Assembly (NCBI GenBank): GCA_002269645.1
Contig: NIVC01001331.1
Coordinates: 1-64,000, forward strand
DNA from: Macrostomum lignano
Taxonomy: Eukaryota
Direction of reading: 5' to 3'
Length of the DNA stretch: 64,000 bases
This document shows positions 13,080 through 28,889 of the stretch, in pieces; position 1 is the first letter of the stretch, and each line of letters opens with the position of its first letter. Position numbers and translations under genes: made by a program. Below the pieces are notes generated by a model that was not told where the DNA came from, did no database searches, and saw only the letters and a program-made list of their open reading frames with translations.

Positions 13080-16418
<3,339 letters not shown>

Positions 16419-16421
16419 TCA

Positions 16422-17765
16422 TCCTGAACTACCACCCTGAGCTATCACCCTTAGCTACCATCCTTAGCTACCACCCTTAGCTACCATCCTTAGCTACCAC
16501 CCTTAGCTACCATCCTTAGCTACCACCCTTAGCTACCACCCTTAGCTACCATCCTTAGCTACCACCCTTAGCTACCATCCTTAGCTACATGTACCACCCT
16601 TAGCTACCATCCTTAGCTACATGTACCACCCTTAGCTACCATCCTTAGCTACATGTACCACCCTTAGCTACCATCCTTAGCTACATGTACCACCCTTAGC
16701 TACCATCCTTAGCTACCACCCTTAGCTACCACCCTTAGCTACCATCCTTAGCTACCATCCTTAGCTACCACCCTTAGCTCCATCCTTAGCTACCACTCTT
16801 AGCTACCACCCTTAGCTACCACCCTTAGCTACCCCCCTTAGCTACCATCCTTAGCTACCACCCTTAGCTACCACCCTTAGCTACCCCCCTTAGCTACCAC
16901 CCTTAGCTACCACCCTAAGCTACCACCCTTAGCTACCACCCTTAGCTACCACCCTTAGCTACCACCCTTAGCTACCACCCTTAGCTACCACCCTTAGCTA
17001 CCACCCTTAGCTACCACCCTTAGCTACCACCCTTAGCTACCACCCTTAGCTACCACCCTTAGCTACCACCCTTAGCTACCATCCTTAGCTACCACCCTTA
17101 GCTACCACCCTTAGCTACCACCCTTCGCTACCACCCTTAGCTACCACCCTTAGCTAAGGATACTAGGTTTAGATGGGGCTACCACCCTAAATGAGCTACC
17201 ACCCTTAGCTACCACCCTTAGCTTCCACCCTTAGCTACCACCCTTAGCTACCACCCTTAGCTAAGGATACTAGGTTTAGATGGGGCTACCACCCTAAATG
17301 AGCTACCACCCTTAGCTACCACCCTTAGCTTTCACCCTTAGCTATCACCCTTAGCTACCACCCTTAGCTTCCACCCTTAGCTACCACTCTTAGCTACCAC
17401 CCTTAGCTACCACCCTTAGCTATCACCCTGAGCTACAACCCTGAGCTACCACCCTTAGCTACCATCCTTAGCTACCACCCTTAGCTACCATCCTTAGCTA
17501 CCACCCTTAGCTACCATCCTTAGCTACCACCCTTAGCTACCATCCTTAGCTACCATCCTTAGCTACCACCCTTAGCTACCATCCTTAGCTATCACCCTGA
17601 GCTACAACCCTTAGCTACCATCCTTAGCTACCACCCTTAGCTACCATCCTTAGCTACCACCCTTAGCTACCATCCTTAGCTACCACCCTTAGCTACCATC
17701 CTTAGCTACCACCCTTAGCTACCATCCTTAGCTACCACCCTTAGCTACCACCCTTAGCTACCTAT
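16422..17765. repeat. 13-bp minisatellite (CTACCACCCTTAG)n
   Basis: Reverse complement of the 7957-9340 unit family. About 100 copies. Confidence 0.95.
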
Positions 17766-17871
17766 CCTATGAATAGTCTTTGATTTGCTCCCTCTACTCA
17801 GTTCATATCTAAGCAGCTCATATCCAAACAAAAGAAGCCTCTATACTTATAACGATTTCAAGGAGCGGCTA

Positions 17872-18165
17872 ATGGTCAGCAAAAATCACACGGCAGCCGC
17901 TTCAGACGAGCTGTTTGATAAACTGGCTCAAGTTATGGAAATTCTGGCTTTCCTGAACGCCAGCATCGCCGCCGCTGGCGTGGCCATCAATCTGATGAAC
18001 TTTTGCGTCTTCTGCTGCAGTCCAGTGCGGCGCCACTACCTGTCCAGGGTGCTGCGCTTCCTCAGCGCCATCGACTGCCTGCTGCTGCTGGCCTATCTGG
18101 CCGAGGGGCTGGGCCGGCTGCAGAATCGGGGCGTCCTTGGCTGCTACCTGGGCACCCTGCTACAG
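17872..18165 (+). CDS. Rhodopsin-class GPCR 1 (peptide-receptor-like), exon 1 (TM1-TM2)
   Basis: MVSKNHT...SIAAAGVAINLMNFCVF...FLSAIDCLLLL. Donor CAG|GTAATT at 18166, phase 0. The start codon is inferred. Confidence 0.75.
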
Positions 18166-18299
18166 GTAATTTGGCTTCGCATCCCATTAAATATGCACAT
18201 AGTTGCTACGAGTATAAGCCTGGAGTGACAAGTAGTCTTCGCGAGTAGAATGATTTTAGAATGCTAAGTCAGCTTGCGGAGCTCCAAGTTGGCTTCTCG

Positions 18300-19478
18300 T
18301 GTGCCAAGTTAGATTATAGAGTGCCAAGTTCTATTATAGAGTGCCAAGTTAAGATATAGACTGCCAAGTTTGATTATAGAGTGCCAAGTTAATATATAGA
18401 GTGCCAAGTTCTATTATAGAGTGCCAAGTTCCGTTATAGAGTGCCAAGTTAGATATAGAGTGCCAAGTTAAGATATAGAGTGCCAAGTTAGATATAGAGT
18501 GCCAAGTTAAGATATAGAGTGCCAAGTTAGATATAGAGTGCCAAGTTAGATTATAGAGTGCCAAGTTAAGATATAGAGTGCCAAGTTGGATTATAGAGTG
18601 CCAAGTTAAGATATAGACTGCCAAGTTAGATTATAGAGTGCCAAGTTAAGATATAGAGTTGCAAGTTAGGATATAGAGTTGCAAGTTAAGGTATAGAGTT
18701 GCAAGTTAGGATATAGAGTTGCAAGTTAAGATATAGAGTTGCAAGTTAAGATATAGAGTTGCAAGTTAGGATATAGAGTTGCAAGTTAAGATATAGAGTT
18801 GCAAGTTAGGATATAGAGTTGCAAGTTAGGATATAGAGTTGCAAGTTAAGATATAGAGTTGCAAGTTAAGATATAGAGTGCCAAGTTAGATATAGAGTGC
18901 CAAGTTAGATATAGAGTGCCAAGTTAAGATATAGAGTTGCAAGTTAGGATATAGAGTTGCAAGTTAAGATATAGAGTGCCAAGTTAGATATAGAGTGCCA
19001 AGTTAGATATAGAGTGCCAAGTTAAGATATAGAGTTGCAAGTTAGGATATAGAGTTGCAAGTTAAGATATAGAGTTGCAAGTTAGGATATAGAGTTGCAA
19101 GTTAAGATATAGAGTGCCAAGTTAGATATAGAGTGCCAAGTTAGATATAGAGTGCCAAGTTAAGATATAGAGTTGCAAGTTAGGATATAGAGTTGCAAGT
19201 TAGGATATAGAGTTGCAAGTTAGGATATAGAGTTGCAAGTTAAGATATAGAGTGCCAAGTTAAGATATAGAGTGCCAAGTTAGATTATAGAGTACCCAGT
19301 TCCGTTATAGAGTGCCAAGTTAGATATAGAGTTGCAAGTTAGGATATAGAGTTGCAAGTTAGGATATAGAGTTGCAAGTTAAGATATAGAGCGCCAAGTT
19401 AAGATATAGAGTGCCAAGTTAGATTATAGAGTACCCAGTTCCATTATAGAGTGCCAAGTAGGATTATGGAGTGCCAAG
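18300..19478. repeat. 19-20-bp minisatellite in GPCR1 intron 1
   Basis: Units AGTGCCAAGTTAGATATAG and AGTTGCAAGTTAAGATATAG. Confidence 0.95.
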
Positions 19479-19551
19479 ACACCCCAATTAACAGACACCG
19501 CAATTAACAGACACCCCAATAAACGGACGCCGCGGTCTCCTCCCGCCGCAG

Positions 19552-20243
19552 GGCCTGCTGTCCTTCCTGAGCCCGTGGCTCCTAGTGGGCCTCAGCCTTG
19601 ACCGCTGCCTCTGCCTGTGCTCGCCCGGCTCCAACGCTGCTCCGGCTGCTCACAGAGACTCATCGGGCAAGGCCGGCCGCCTCCAGCTGATTGTGGTGGC
19701 CTTCGGGCTGGCCTGGAGCGTGCACACCTTCCTGCTGATTGAGTTCAGCGCCGATCAGTCGGGCGGCAGTCAGCGATTCTGCCGGGTGAGCAGCAGCCAG
19801 CGGGCCTGGGTAGCCATGGACGCCGTGGTCTGCTCGTTCGCGCCCGGCCTTCTCATCGCCGTGGCCAACTGCTACATCTGCTGCGCTGTGCGATCGTTCT
19901 ACTCGAGGCTGAGACAGTGCCGTCCGGCTGGCAGCGGCTCGGGTGAAGCTGCCGCCGAGCTTCAGCCGGGGGCGATGAGGCAAACCCGTCGCTGGAGGCA
20001 CAGCGTCGGCCACTTCAAAGCGACATGTTCAGCGACGATTCAATGGCTGCTAGCGACCGGCTTGTCGTGTCCACCGGCTGGCTGCGCGGCGGCCACTTCC
20101 GGCAGCGGGCCAGGCAGGCGCCGCCCTGGTCCTCATCGCTTCCGGTGCACGAGTGCCATTGCCACCTGCACGAGCACGAGGAGGACGAGGAGGACGAGGC
20201 GGCCACCTCCGGCGACCCCAGCGGGCAGGAGAGTCGCAGCGGC
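19552..20243 (+). CDS. GPCR 1 exon 2 (TM3-TM5, ICL3); apparent frameshift near 19945-19972
   Basis: Acceptor CCGCAG|GGC. Translates to GLLSFLSPWLLVGLSLDRCLC and FAPGLLIAVANCYI. The strong donor GGC|GTGAGT at 20244 is phase-compatible with exon 3 only in the shifted frame. Confidence 0.7.
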
Positions 20244-20374
20244 GTGAGTGGCTTCAAGCTTCTGGACTGGAGTGCAGAACTTCTCCCATAATGGATAAAC
20301 ATAAAGCTTAAAGGGAAGTCTCTACTAGTCGAACTGTAGGTTAAGCAGTGTTGGTTAGGGTTAGTAGCCTATCA

Positions 20375-20636
20375 GAGCGTTGTAGCCTAGTGGTTAGAGC
20401 GTCGGACTCACAACTTGAAAGGTCGGGGGTTCGATTCCTGATCCCACTGGAACAACTTGTGTCCTTGAGCAAGACACTCAACTCTGTATTGCTTCAGTTC
20501 ACCCAGCTGTAAAATGGGTGCCAGCATTAGCTGGGGTAATTGAGGGTGCGTGTGGCGACCCCCCAGTCCTTGGACTGAACAGCCGTACGCAGCCTTCAGA
20601 TGCGCCGCGCAATAGCTGCGGCTGAGCTGTCGGTTG
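20375..20636 (+). mobile_element. tRNA-derived SINE with CORE-like domain, copy 2
   Basis: TAGCCTAGTGG A-box and GGTTCGATTCC B-box, followed by GTGTCCTTGAGCAAGACACTCAACTCTGTATTGCTTCAGTTCACCCAGCTGTAAAATGGG. Ends at the same CTGTCGGTTG as copy 1. Confidence 0.8.
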
Positions 20637-21299
20637 AATTTCGTGACAAATTTAGCTGAGCTCCAGTCACCCTGCTGTAATTGGCTGTGACATCTGTTTG
20701 GGGTCGTAGCACCGAGCCTATAGCATCGCTTGGGTATGTTCAGTAATGCTGGCTTGAGTCCACACCGTCTTTGCCGTGAGAAATTCAGTAGCAGAAAGCA
20801 GGTTTCACTTTCAACGCGTTTTCAAATTAGAATAGATTTTTTGCGTTCCATCTATTTTTACATGCAATAACCTTTTGCTAACTACTGATGAGTAGCGAAA
20901 TTAGAGTGTTTGGCGAATTCTCTCTCTTTCACTCCGTCTGTATCTCTAAGAAAGTCCAGGCCAAAAAACAGGAGGCCCCTGCTGGTCACAAGATTTTCGT
21001 TAAATAAAGCGCACAGCTTCCGGCCAGCTGCATCTGAGCTGCATGCCCTAAGAATTTTATTAAGTCGGGGTGGCAACACATTCGGGAAAAAACCATAGTT
21101 CAGAACTGACTTTTGCCGAAGCTAATAGACGAATCTGTAGAGACAGGAAAGTGCCTGTCTTTTTTTTAAACAATGCAAGTGTTCTTAATTATCACTTTCT
21201 CGTAGTGGCTAATACTAGTGGTGTGACTGAGTTAAAATTGTTGTGTTAATTCAGAAGTAAAAGTCGAAAATAAGTCCCTTTTATTGATTTATATATTCA

Positions 21300-21855
<556 letters not shown>

Positions 21856-22027
21856 ATAACTATCAACAGAGTCTAGCTCAAACGCTCCATCCAACTCGGC
21901 CAGCTACTCCACTCCAATCCAAAGCAGATTGCAAAGTTAATCAGGCAAAGGGAAAGCAAAGCACAAACTAGTTTCTTTCAAATGCCAGCTCACACTGCTA
22001 ATCATTCTAATCCATCACCGCTGATAC

Positions 22028-22031
<4 letters not shown>

Positions 22032-22086
<55 letters not shown>

Positions 22087-22427
22087 TCAGCGTTGCGACC
22101 GACCATCCAGCAGCCCAGCAGCAGCAGCGGCGGCAACTCAACGCCAGGGAGGCGGCCCGGCACCAGCACCAGATCACCCGGATGCTGGTAATCTTCTCCG
22201 TGGCTTACCTGGCCCTCAACCTGCCGCACTACGCCGCACTGCTCTACTGGCTAATCGACACTCCTGTCGGCCCTGCCGCCGTCTACAAGTACAACATCGC
22301 CCGCCTGGCAACGCAGGCCATGTACTTTTTGCACTTTTCAACCAACGCTTTGATCTACGCGTACGCCAATAGGCAGTACCGGCTGGCGCTGACCAATTTC
22401 TTGAAGAATCTCTTCTGCTGCGGTTGA
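22032..22427 (+). CDS. GPCR 1 exon 3 (polyQ, TM6-TM7)
   Basis: [20 protein letters not shown]...[20 protein letters not shown]...CCG*. The frame is closed upstream by TAA at 22008. The first usable acceptor is ACGCAG at 22031; the exact acceptor is ambiguous within (CAG)19. Confidence 0.8.
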
Positions 22428-22490
22428 TTGATTGATTGATTGGTCAGCTGATTGATTGATTGATTGATTATTTGATTGATTGATTGATTG

Positions 22491-22575
<85 letters not shown>

Positions 22576-22582
22576 CTAGCTG

Positions 22583-22629
<47 letters not shown>

Positions 22630-22896
22630 TTTTGATTGATTGTTTGATTGATTGATTGGTTTACTAGCTGATTGATTGATTGATTAAATAGCTGATTGAT
22701 GAATTAACTAGCTGATTGATTGATTAACTAGCTGATTGATTGATTAACTAGCTGATTGATTGATTAACTAGCTGATTGATTGATTAACTAGCTGATTGAT
22801 TGATTAACTAGCTGATTGATTGATTAACTAGCTGATTGATTGATTAACTAGCTGATTGATTGATTAACTAGTTGATTGATTGGTTAACTAGCTGAC

Positions 22897-22965
<69 letters not shown>

Positions 22966-23026
22966 AAATAGCTGATTGATTGATTGGCTATCTGATTGAT
23001 TGATTGATTGATTTTTTGATTGATTA

Positions 23027-23099
<73 letters not shown>

Positions 23100-23106
23100 C
23101 TAGCTG

Positions 23107-23157
<51 letters not shown>

Positions 23158-23424
23158 TTTTGATTGATTGTTTGATTGATTGATTGGTTTACTAGCTGAT
23201 TGATTGATTGATTAAATAGCTGATTGATGAATTAACTAGCTGATTGATTGATTAACTAGCTGATTGATTGATTAACTAGCTGATTGATTGATTAACTAGC
23301 TGATTGATTGATTAACTAGCTGATTGATTGATTAACTAGCTGATTGATTGATTAACTAGCTGATTGATTGATTAACTAGCTGATTGATTGATTAACTAGT
23401 TGATTGATTGGTTAACTAGCTGAC

Positions 23425-23493
<69 letters not shown>

Positions 23494-23585
23494 AAATAGC
23501 TGATTGATTGATTAACTAGCTGATTGATTGATTAACTAGTTGATTGATTGGTTAACTAGCTGACTGATTGATTAACTAGCTGATT
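22424..23585. repeat. (GATT)n / (GATTGATTAACTAGCT)n compound array
   Basis: Contains a ~524-bp internal duplication (ATTGGCTAGC at 22571 and 23095). Confidence 0.95.
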
Positions 23586-24582
23586 GGCTGTTTGGTATCA
23601 AAGTAAAAAAGCCATACAGCCAGCGTGTTTCTGTGTGGGGCCAATTTGTCCTGCAAGCAGATTTTGGCTGCTGGCGTGGCATCCGTGTTCTCACGCCTGT
23701 ATTTAAATACAACAGCGCTCCGTCTCTCTATTGTCTAATTCAAAGTATGCTGCATCCTCTTACCCTTTCCTATACAATCCTATTAGACTGAGTATTTATC
23801 CCATTCTACTGATACTGTCAACTGGGTATGGTTTAAAGTTTGCCACTTCAAGTATAACAACTGTCAATCTTGAATTCAGTAGTATTTTATGCTTTTTAAA
23901 CCTGAGAAAAATTCGATCTGGCACACGTGCATTGAAATAAAAACAAAGCTGTTCAAAGCTGCTTTCTGTGCAGCGTGCCGAGCTGAATGCAAATTGCCAC
24001 AAGGACTCTAAAAACTGCTGTTGTACTGTTATAATAAATACTCGTTATTGTTTATGCGTAAGTTATGATTAAAGAGAAAACAATAATTACTGAGAGGCTC
24101 TCAAACATTCATCAAGGACCAGCCAAAAGCAGAATTCGCTGCGCTGTGCATGTCTGTGCTGCAGAAGGCTTGCAGAAATTCAATTAAGACAAACTCAGTT
24201 TCATATTAAACAGAATCTTTCCAAGTCAGTCAGAATCTTCCTTGTCTTCACTCTCCCAGCTTCAGCCATCATGTTTGATTTGATTTGATTTGTCTGTCTC
24301 TTTCGATCTTCTTCATCTTCTGTGTATGAAAGGTCTCGCACAGGTCCTCTTATTCCTCACTTATAGGCGCTCCAAGTAAGTGTATGGAAATTTCATATGG
24401 AAAGTTCATAAAGAGTAAAACAATCTTTTTTTACCAACTGATGTTGGCAGACAGAAAAGTAATAAAGTTCTCAAAGCGTATTAGTTAACCCTATTAGCCT
24501 GCACGAATGTGATGGACACAGTGTTTGTCTCACCACAGATATCGATCTTCATCTTCTAAGATTCTCCCTATCCAGTAGAAGC

Positions 24583-25038
24583 CACAGATACTAGAATAAC
24601 TAGATGTGCCACTCAGCAAATTTGCGTGCAAGCTACTTTCAGTTCAGTAGCAAGTTAAATTGAAGCATTTTAATGTATTTTTTAAGACAAGGCTCATTTA
24701 TCGGCTCTTACCCCCCAGCCAAGCTTAAACCCTCAAACTCCACACGGAACCTCTACCCCCCCCCCGCCCGCCCCGCCGCCCAATTTTATTACCTTCCTCG
24801 GTTGTTCCAATCTAAATCAGCCATGTACATTTCAGTGGCTAATGTACATTATGGCTGAACCAATTAGCAAGCTGCTTTCGTCTGCAAGCCTGGGCTTCTA
24901 AACTTATCGAAGTCATTTCAGCTGCCTTATTTTTATAAAACACCATATGTATTCTTGATTGCTACTGAACTGGAAGTAGAAAGCTGTTTTACTAAGTATA
25001 CATGCCTGAGTGGCCATCTAGTTATTCTAGTATCTGTG
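24583..25038. mobile_element. ~456-bp non-autonomous TIR element (CACAG termini)
   Basis: Left CACAGATACTAGAATAACTAGATGTGCCACTCAG matches the reverse complement of right CTGAGTGGCCATCTAGTTATTCTAGTATCTGTG (~33 bp, one indel). Flanks GTAGAAGC and GTTTGCTC are not an exact TSD. Confidence 0.7.
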
Positions 25039-25512
25039 GTTTGCTCTCGGGACTCAGGACTCAGGATGCAACGTCACGGTTTGTCTGCAAAAGGCGATAA
25101 CGCTTGCACCATCCCCAGTTGGGGCCGACATTGCCGAGGCAATGCAGATGGACGCGGAGTCCGACCGTCATGCGGGCTTGCAATGCCAATTGACGGCCAG
25201 GATTGAGGATGCTGTTCTCAACCGTTCTCAGTGTTGTAAGATGCATTGTTCGCAGACAAAATCGCGATACAGACAAACAATGCATCTGAGATAATCATCA
25301 GAATGAAATGCTCTCGCAACCTTCGGTTCCCGATGAAGACCAGCCTTGGGTCCAGCATTATCCTCCCTGTAAACCAGGCATTGATCGTGGTTGAACCTCC
25401 AATATTAGCTGTCGATTGTGCTGAAGATCATTAACCTCAACTTCATTGACGCGTCCAAAGCGTACTTCGACTCAACAAACTCCTGGTTGAGGCTCCACGG
25501 CTTTTTTAACTG

Positions 25513-26556
25513 AGATCCCGAATGACTCAATCTAAATCCCAGATCCCGAATGACTCATTCTAAATCCCAGATCCCGAATGACTCATTCCAAATCGGAGAT
25601 CCTGAATGACTCGTTCTAAATCCCAGATCCCGAATGAGTCATTCTAAATCCCAGATCCCGAATGAGTCATTCTTAATCCCAGATCCCGAATGAGTCATTC
25701 TAAATCCCAAATCCCGAATGACTCATTCTAAATCTCAAATCCCGAATGACTCATTCTAAATCCCAGATCCCGAATGAGTCATTCTAAATCCCAAATCCCG
25801 AATGACTCATTCTTAATCCCAGATCCCGAATGACTCATTCTTAATCCCAGATCCCGAATGACTCATTCTAAATCCCAAATCCCGAATGACTCATTCTTAA
25901 ATCCCAGATCCCGAATGACTCATTCTTAAATCCCAAATCCCAAATGACTCATTCTTAATCCCAGATCCCGAATGAGTCATTCTAAATCTCAAATCCCGAA
26001 TGACTCATTCTAAATCCCAGATCCCGAATGACTCATTCAAAATCGGAGATCCCGAATGACTCATTCTTAAATCCAAGATCCTGAATGACTCGTTCTAAAT
26101 CCCAGATCCCGAATGACTCATTCCAAATCGGAGATCCTGAATGACTCGTTCTAAATCCCAGATCCCGAATGACTCATTCTTTAATCCCAAATCCGGAATG
26201 ACTCATTCTTAATCCCAGATCCCGAATGACTCATTCTTAAATCCCAGATCCCGAATGACTCATTCTTAATCCCAGATCCCGAATGACTCATTCTTAATCC
26301 CAGATCCCGAATGACTCATTATTAATCCCAGATCCCGAATGACTCATTCTTAATCCCAGATCCCGAATGACTCATTCTTAATCCCAGATCCCGAATGACT
26401 CATTCTTAAATCCAAGATCCCAAATGACTCATTCTTAAATCCCAGATCCCGAATGACTCATTCTTAATCCAAGATCCCGATTGACTCATTCTTAAACCCC
26501 AGATCCGGAATGAGTCTTTCTAACTCTAAGATCCCAAATGACTCATTCTAAATCCC
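25513..26556. repeat. ~29-30-bp minisatellite
   Basis: Unit AATCCCAGATCCCGAATGACTCATTCT(T)A, ~34 copies. Confidence 0.95.
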
Positions 26557-26922
26557 ATGCTTCAGAGTGCTTGCAGAAATTCAAACAAGCAAACTTGAGG
26601 GCGCACCACGGATGGAAAAAATGCTCGCTATATTTGGAATTTCGAAGTCCAGAAGATGAGGCATTGGGGAATTTAATAATCGAAAACTGAAAACTTCCTG
26701 CCTCGCCAATGCAGCGAAATCCGGCCAAGTTGCAACATCCTGCTTTGGCTGACCATGGCGGGGAGATTATAAAAAGTGAATTAAAAAAGCGACAGCCAAT
26801 CCCGAGTCGGTTGGTTCAGCCTGTATTCATCATCAAAAACTCAGTTTATCCATAAATGCAGTCTTAGTTGTCTCTGCAAGATCGGCCGACCCACTTGGGC
26901 TACCCAGCCGGATAGGGAAGAA

Positions 26923-26938
26923 ATGTCTAACAAGTCAG
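26923..26938 (+). CDS. GPCR 2, putative 16-nt first coding exon
   Basis: ATG TCT AAC AAG TCA G|GTGAGC. Phase 1 matches the acceptor at 28600 and gives an N-terminal NKS sequon. Confidence 0.55.
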
Positions 26939-27102
26939 GTGAGCTGCATTGAGCGCTGGTTTAAGTTTTTTCAGAGGAAATTACTGCAATTCGAGGGTCA
27001 TTGACAGCCACAAACTTGATCCCGAATCCCAGGGATCCCTGTTCCCAAATCCAGATCTTAATTCACTAGGACAGAGTCTTAATACTTAGGTTCCTATTAT
27101 TT

Positions 27103-28592
27103 CCCAGATCCCCATTCCCCAGATCCCCATTCCCCAGATCCCCATTCCCCAGATCCCCATTCCCCAGATCCCCATTCCCCAGATCCCCATTCCCCAGATC
27201 CCCATTCCCCAGATCCCCATTCCCCAGATCCCCATTCCCCAGATCCCCATTCCCCAGATCCCCATTCCCCAGATCCCCATTCCCCAGATCCCCATTCCCC
27301 AGATCCCCATTCCCCAGATCCCCATTCCCCAGATCCCCATTCCCCAGATCCCCATTCCCCAGATCCCCATTCCCCAGATCCCCATTCCCCAGATCCCCAT
27401 TCCCCAGATCCCCATTCCCCAGATCCCCATTCCCCAGATCCCCATTCACCAGATCCCCATTCCCCAGATCCCCATTCCCCAGATCCCCATTCACCAGATC
27501 CCCATTCCCCAGATCCCCATTCCCCAGATCCCCATTCCCCAGATCCCCATTCCCAGATCCCCATTCACCAGATCCCCATTCCCCAGATCCCCATTCCCAG
27601 ATCCCCATTCCCCAGATCCCCATTCCCCAGATCCCCATTCCCCAGATCCCCATTCCCCAGATCCCCATTCCCCAGATCCCCATTCCCCAGATCCCATTCC
27701 CCAGATCCCCATTCCCCAGATCCCCATTCCCCAGATCCCCATTCCCCAGATCCCCATTCCCCAGATCCCCATTCCCCAGATCCCCATTCCCCAGATCCCC
27801 ATTCCCCAGATCCCCATTCCCCAGATCCCCATTCCCCAGATCCCCATTCCCCAGATCCCCATTCCCCAGATCCCCATTCCCCAGATCCCCATTCCCCAGA
27901 TCCCCATTCCCCAGATCCCCATTCCCCAGATCCCCATTCACCAGATCCCCATTCCCCAGATCCCCATTCCCCAGATCCCCATTCCCCAGATCCCCATTCC
28001 CCAGATCCCCATTCCCTAGATCCCCATTCCCCAGATCCCCATTCCCCAGATCCCCATTCCCCAGATCCCCATTCCCCAGATCCCCATTCCCCAGATCCCC
28101 ATTCCCCAGATCCCCATTCCCCAGATCCCCATTCCCCAGATCCCCATTCCCCAGATCCCATTCCCCAGATCCCATTCCCCAGATCCCCATTCCCCAGATC
28201 CCCATTCCCCAGATCCCCATTCCCCAGATCCCCATTCCCCAGATCCCCATTCCCCAGATCCCCATTCCCCAGATCCCCATTCCCCAGATCCCCATTCCCC
28301 AGATCCCCATTCCCCAGATCCCCATTCCCCAGATCCCCATTCCCCAGATCCCCATTCCCCAGATCCCCATTCCCCAGATCCCCATTCCCCAGATCCCCAT
28401 TCCCCAGATCCCATTCCCCAGATCCCCATTCCCCAGATCCCCATTCCCCAGATCCCATTCCCCAGATCCCCATTCCCCAGATCCCCATTCCCCAGATCCC
28501 CATTCCCCAGATCCCCATTCCCCAGATCCCCATTCCCCAGTTCCCCATTCCCCAGGTCCCCATTCCCCAGATCCCCATTCCTCAGATCCCCA
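27103..28592. repeat. 15-bp minisatellite (CAGATCCCCATTCCC)n in GPCR2 intron 1
   Basis: About 100 highly homogeneous copies. Confidence 0.97.
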
Positions 28593-28599
28593 TATCAAG

Positions 28600-28852
28600 T
28601 CGCTAAGCTACGCAAGGAAAATCCGTACCCGGCAGGCGAAGATTCCTGGAGCGGCCTCCGCGAGACCGCCTCGGCTCTGAACCGAGTGCACGCTGTGCTG
28701 AGCTTGTACTTCAGCCCCCTGGTAGCCGCCTTCGGCTTTGTGGGTTTCGCGCTGGTGTTCACCGTGCTGTGGCGCAACTGGCGCCAGATCAAGGGCAAGG
28801 ACTTCGTGCTGTTCGCCATCACGGCCTGCGATACTCTGATTGTGCTGGTCCG
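28600..28852 (+). CDS. GPCR 2 exon 2 (TM1-TM2)
   Basis: VLSLYFSPLVAAFGFVGFALVFTVL...FVLFAITACDTLIVLVR. Donor CG|GTGAGG at 28853, phase 2. The acceptor (CAAG) is inferred. Confidence 0.75.
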
Positions 28853-28889
28853 GTGAGGGCGGCGACCTGCTAATCTCGTTTTAGCGCCG

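Noticed and set aside
19975-20247. C-terminal part of ORF 19585-20247 as the true GPCR1 ICL3
   Set aside because: It ends in a stop before TM6, has poorer codon bias, and is out of phase with exon 3 at the strong donor.
20375-20450. Possible tRNA gene (also 3482-3555)
   Set aside because: A and B boxes are present, but the acceptor and anticodon stems pair poorly and the sequence continues into a shared SINE body.
20885-20930. Hammerhead-like CTGATGAG-TAG-CGAAA
   Set aside because: No helix I complement could be found around a cleavage triplet.
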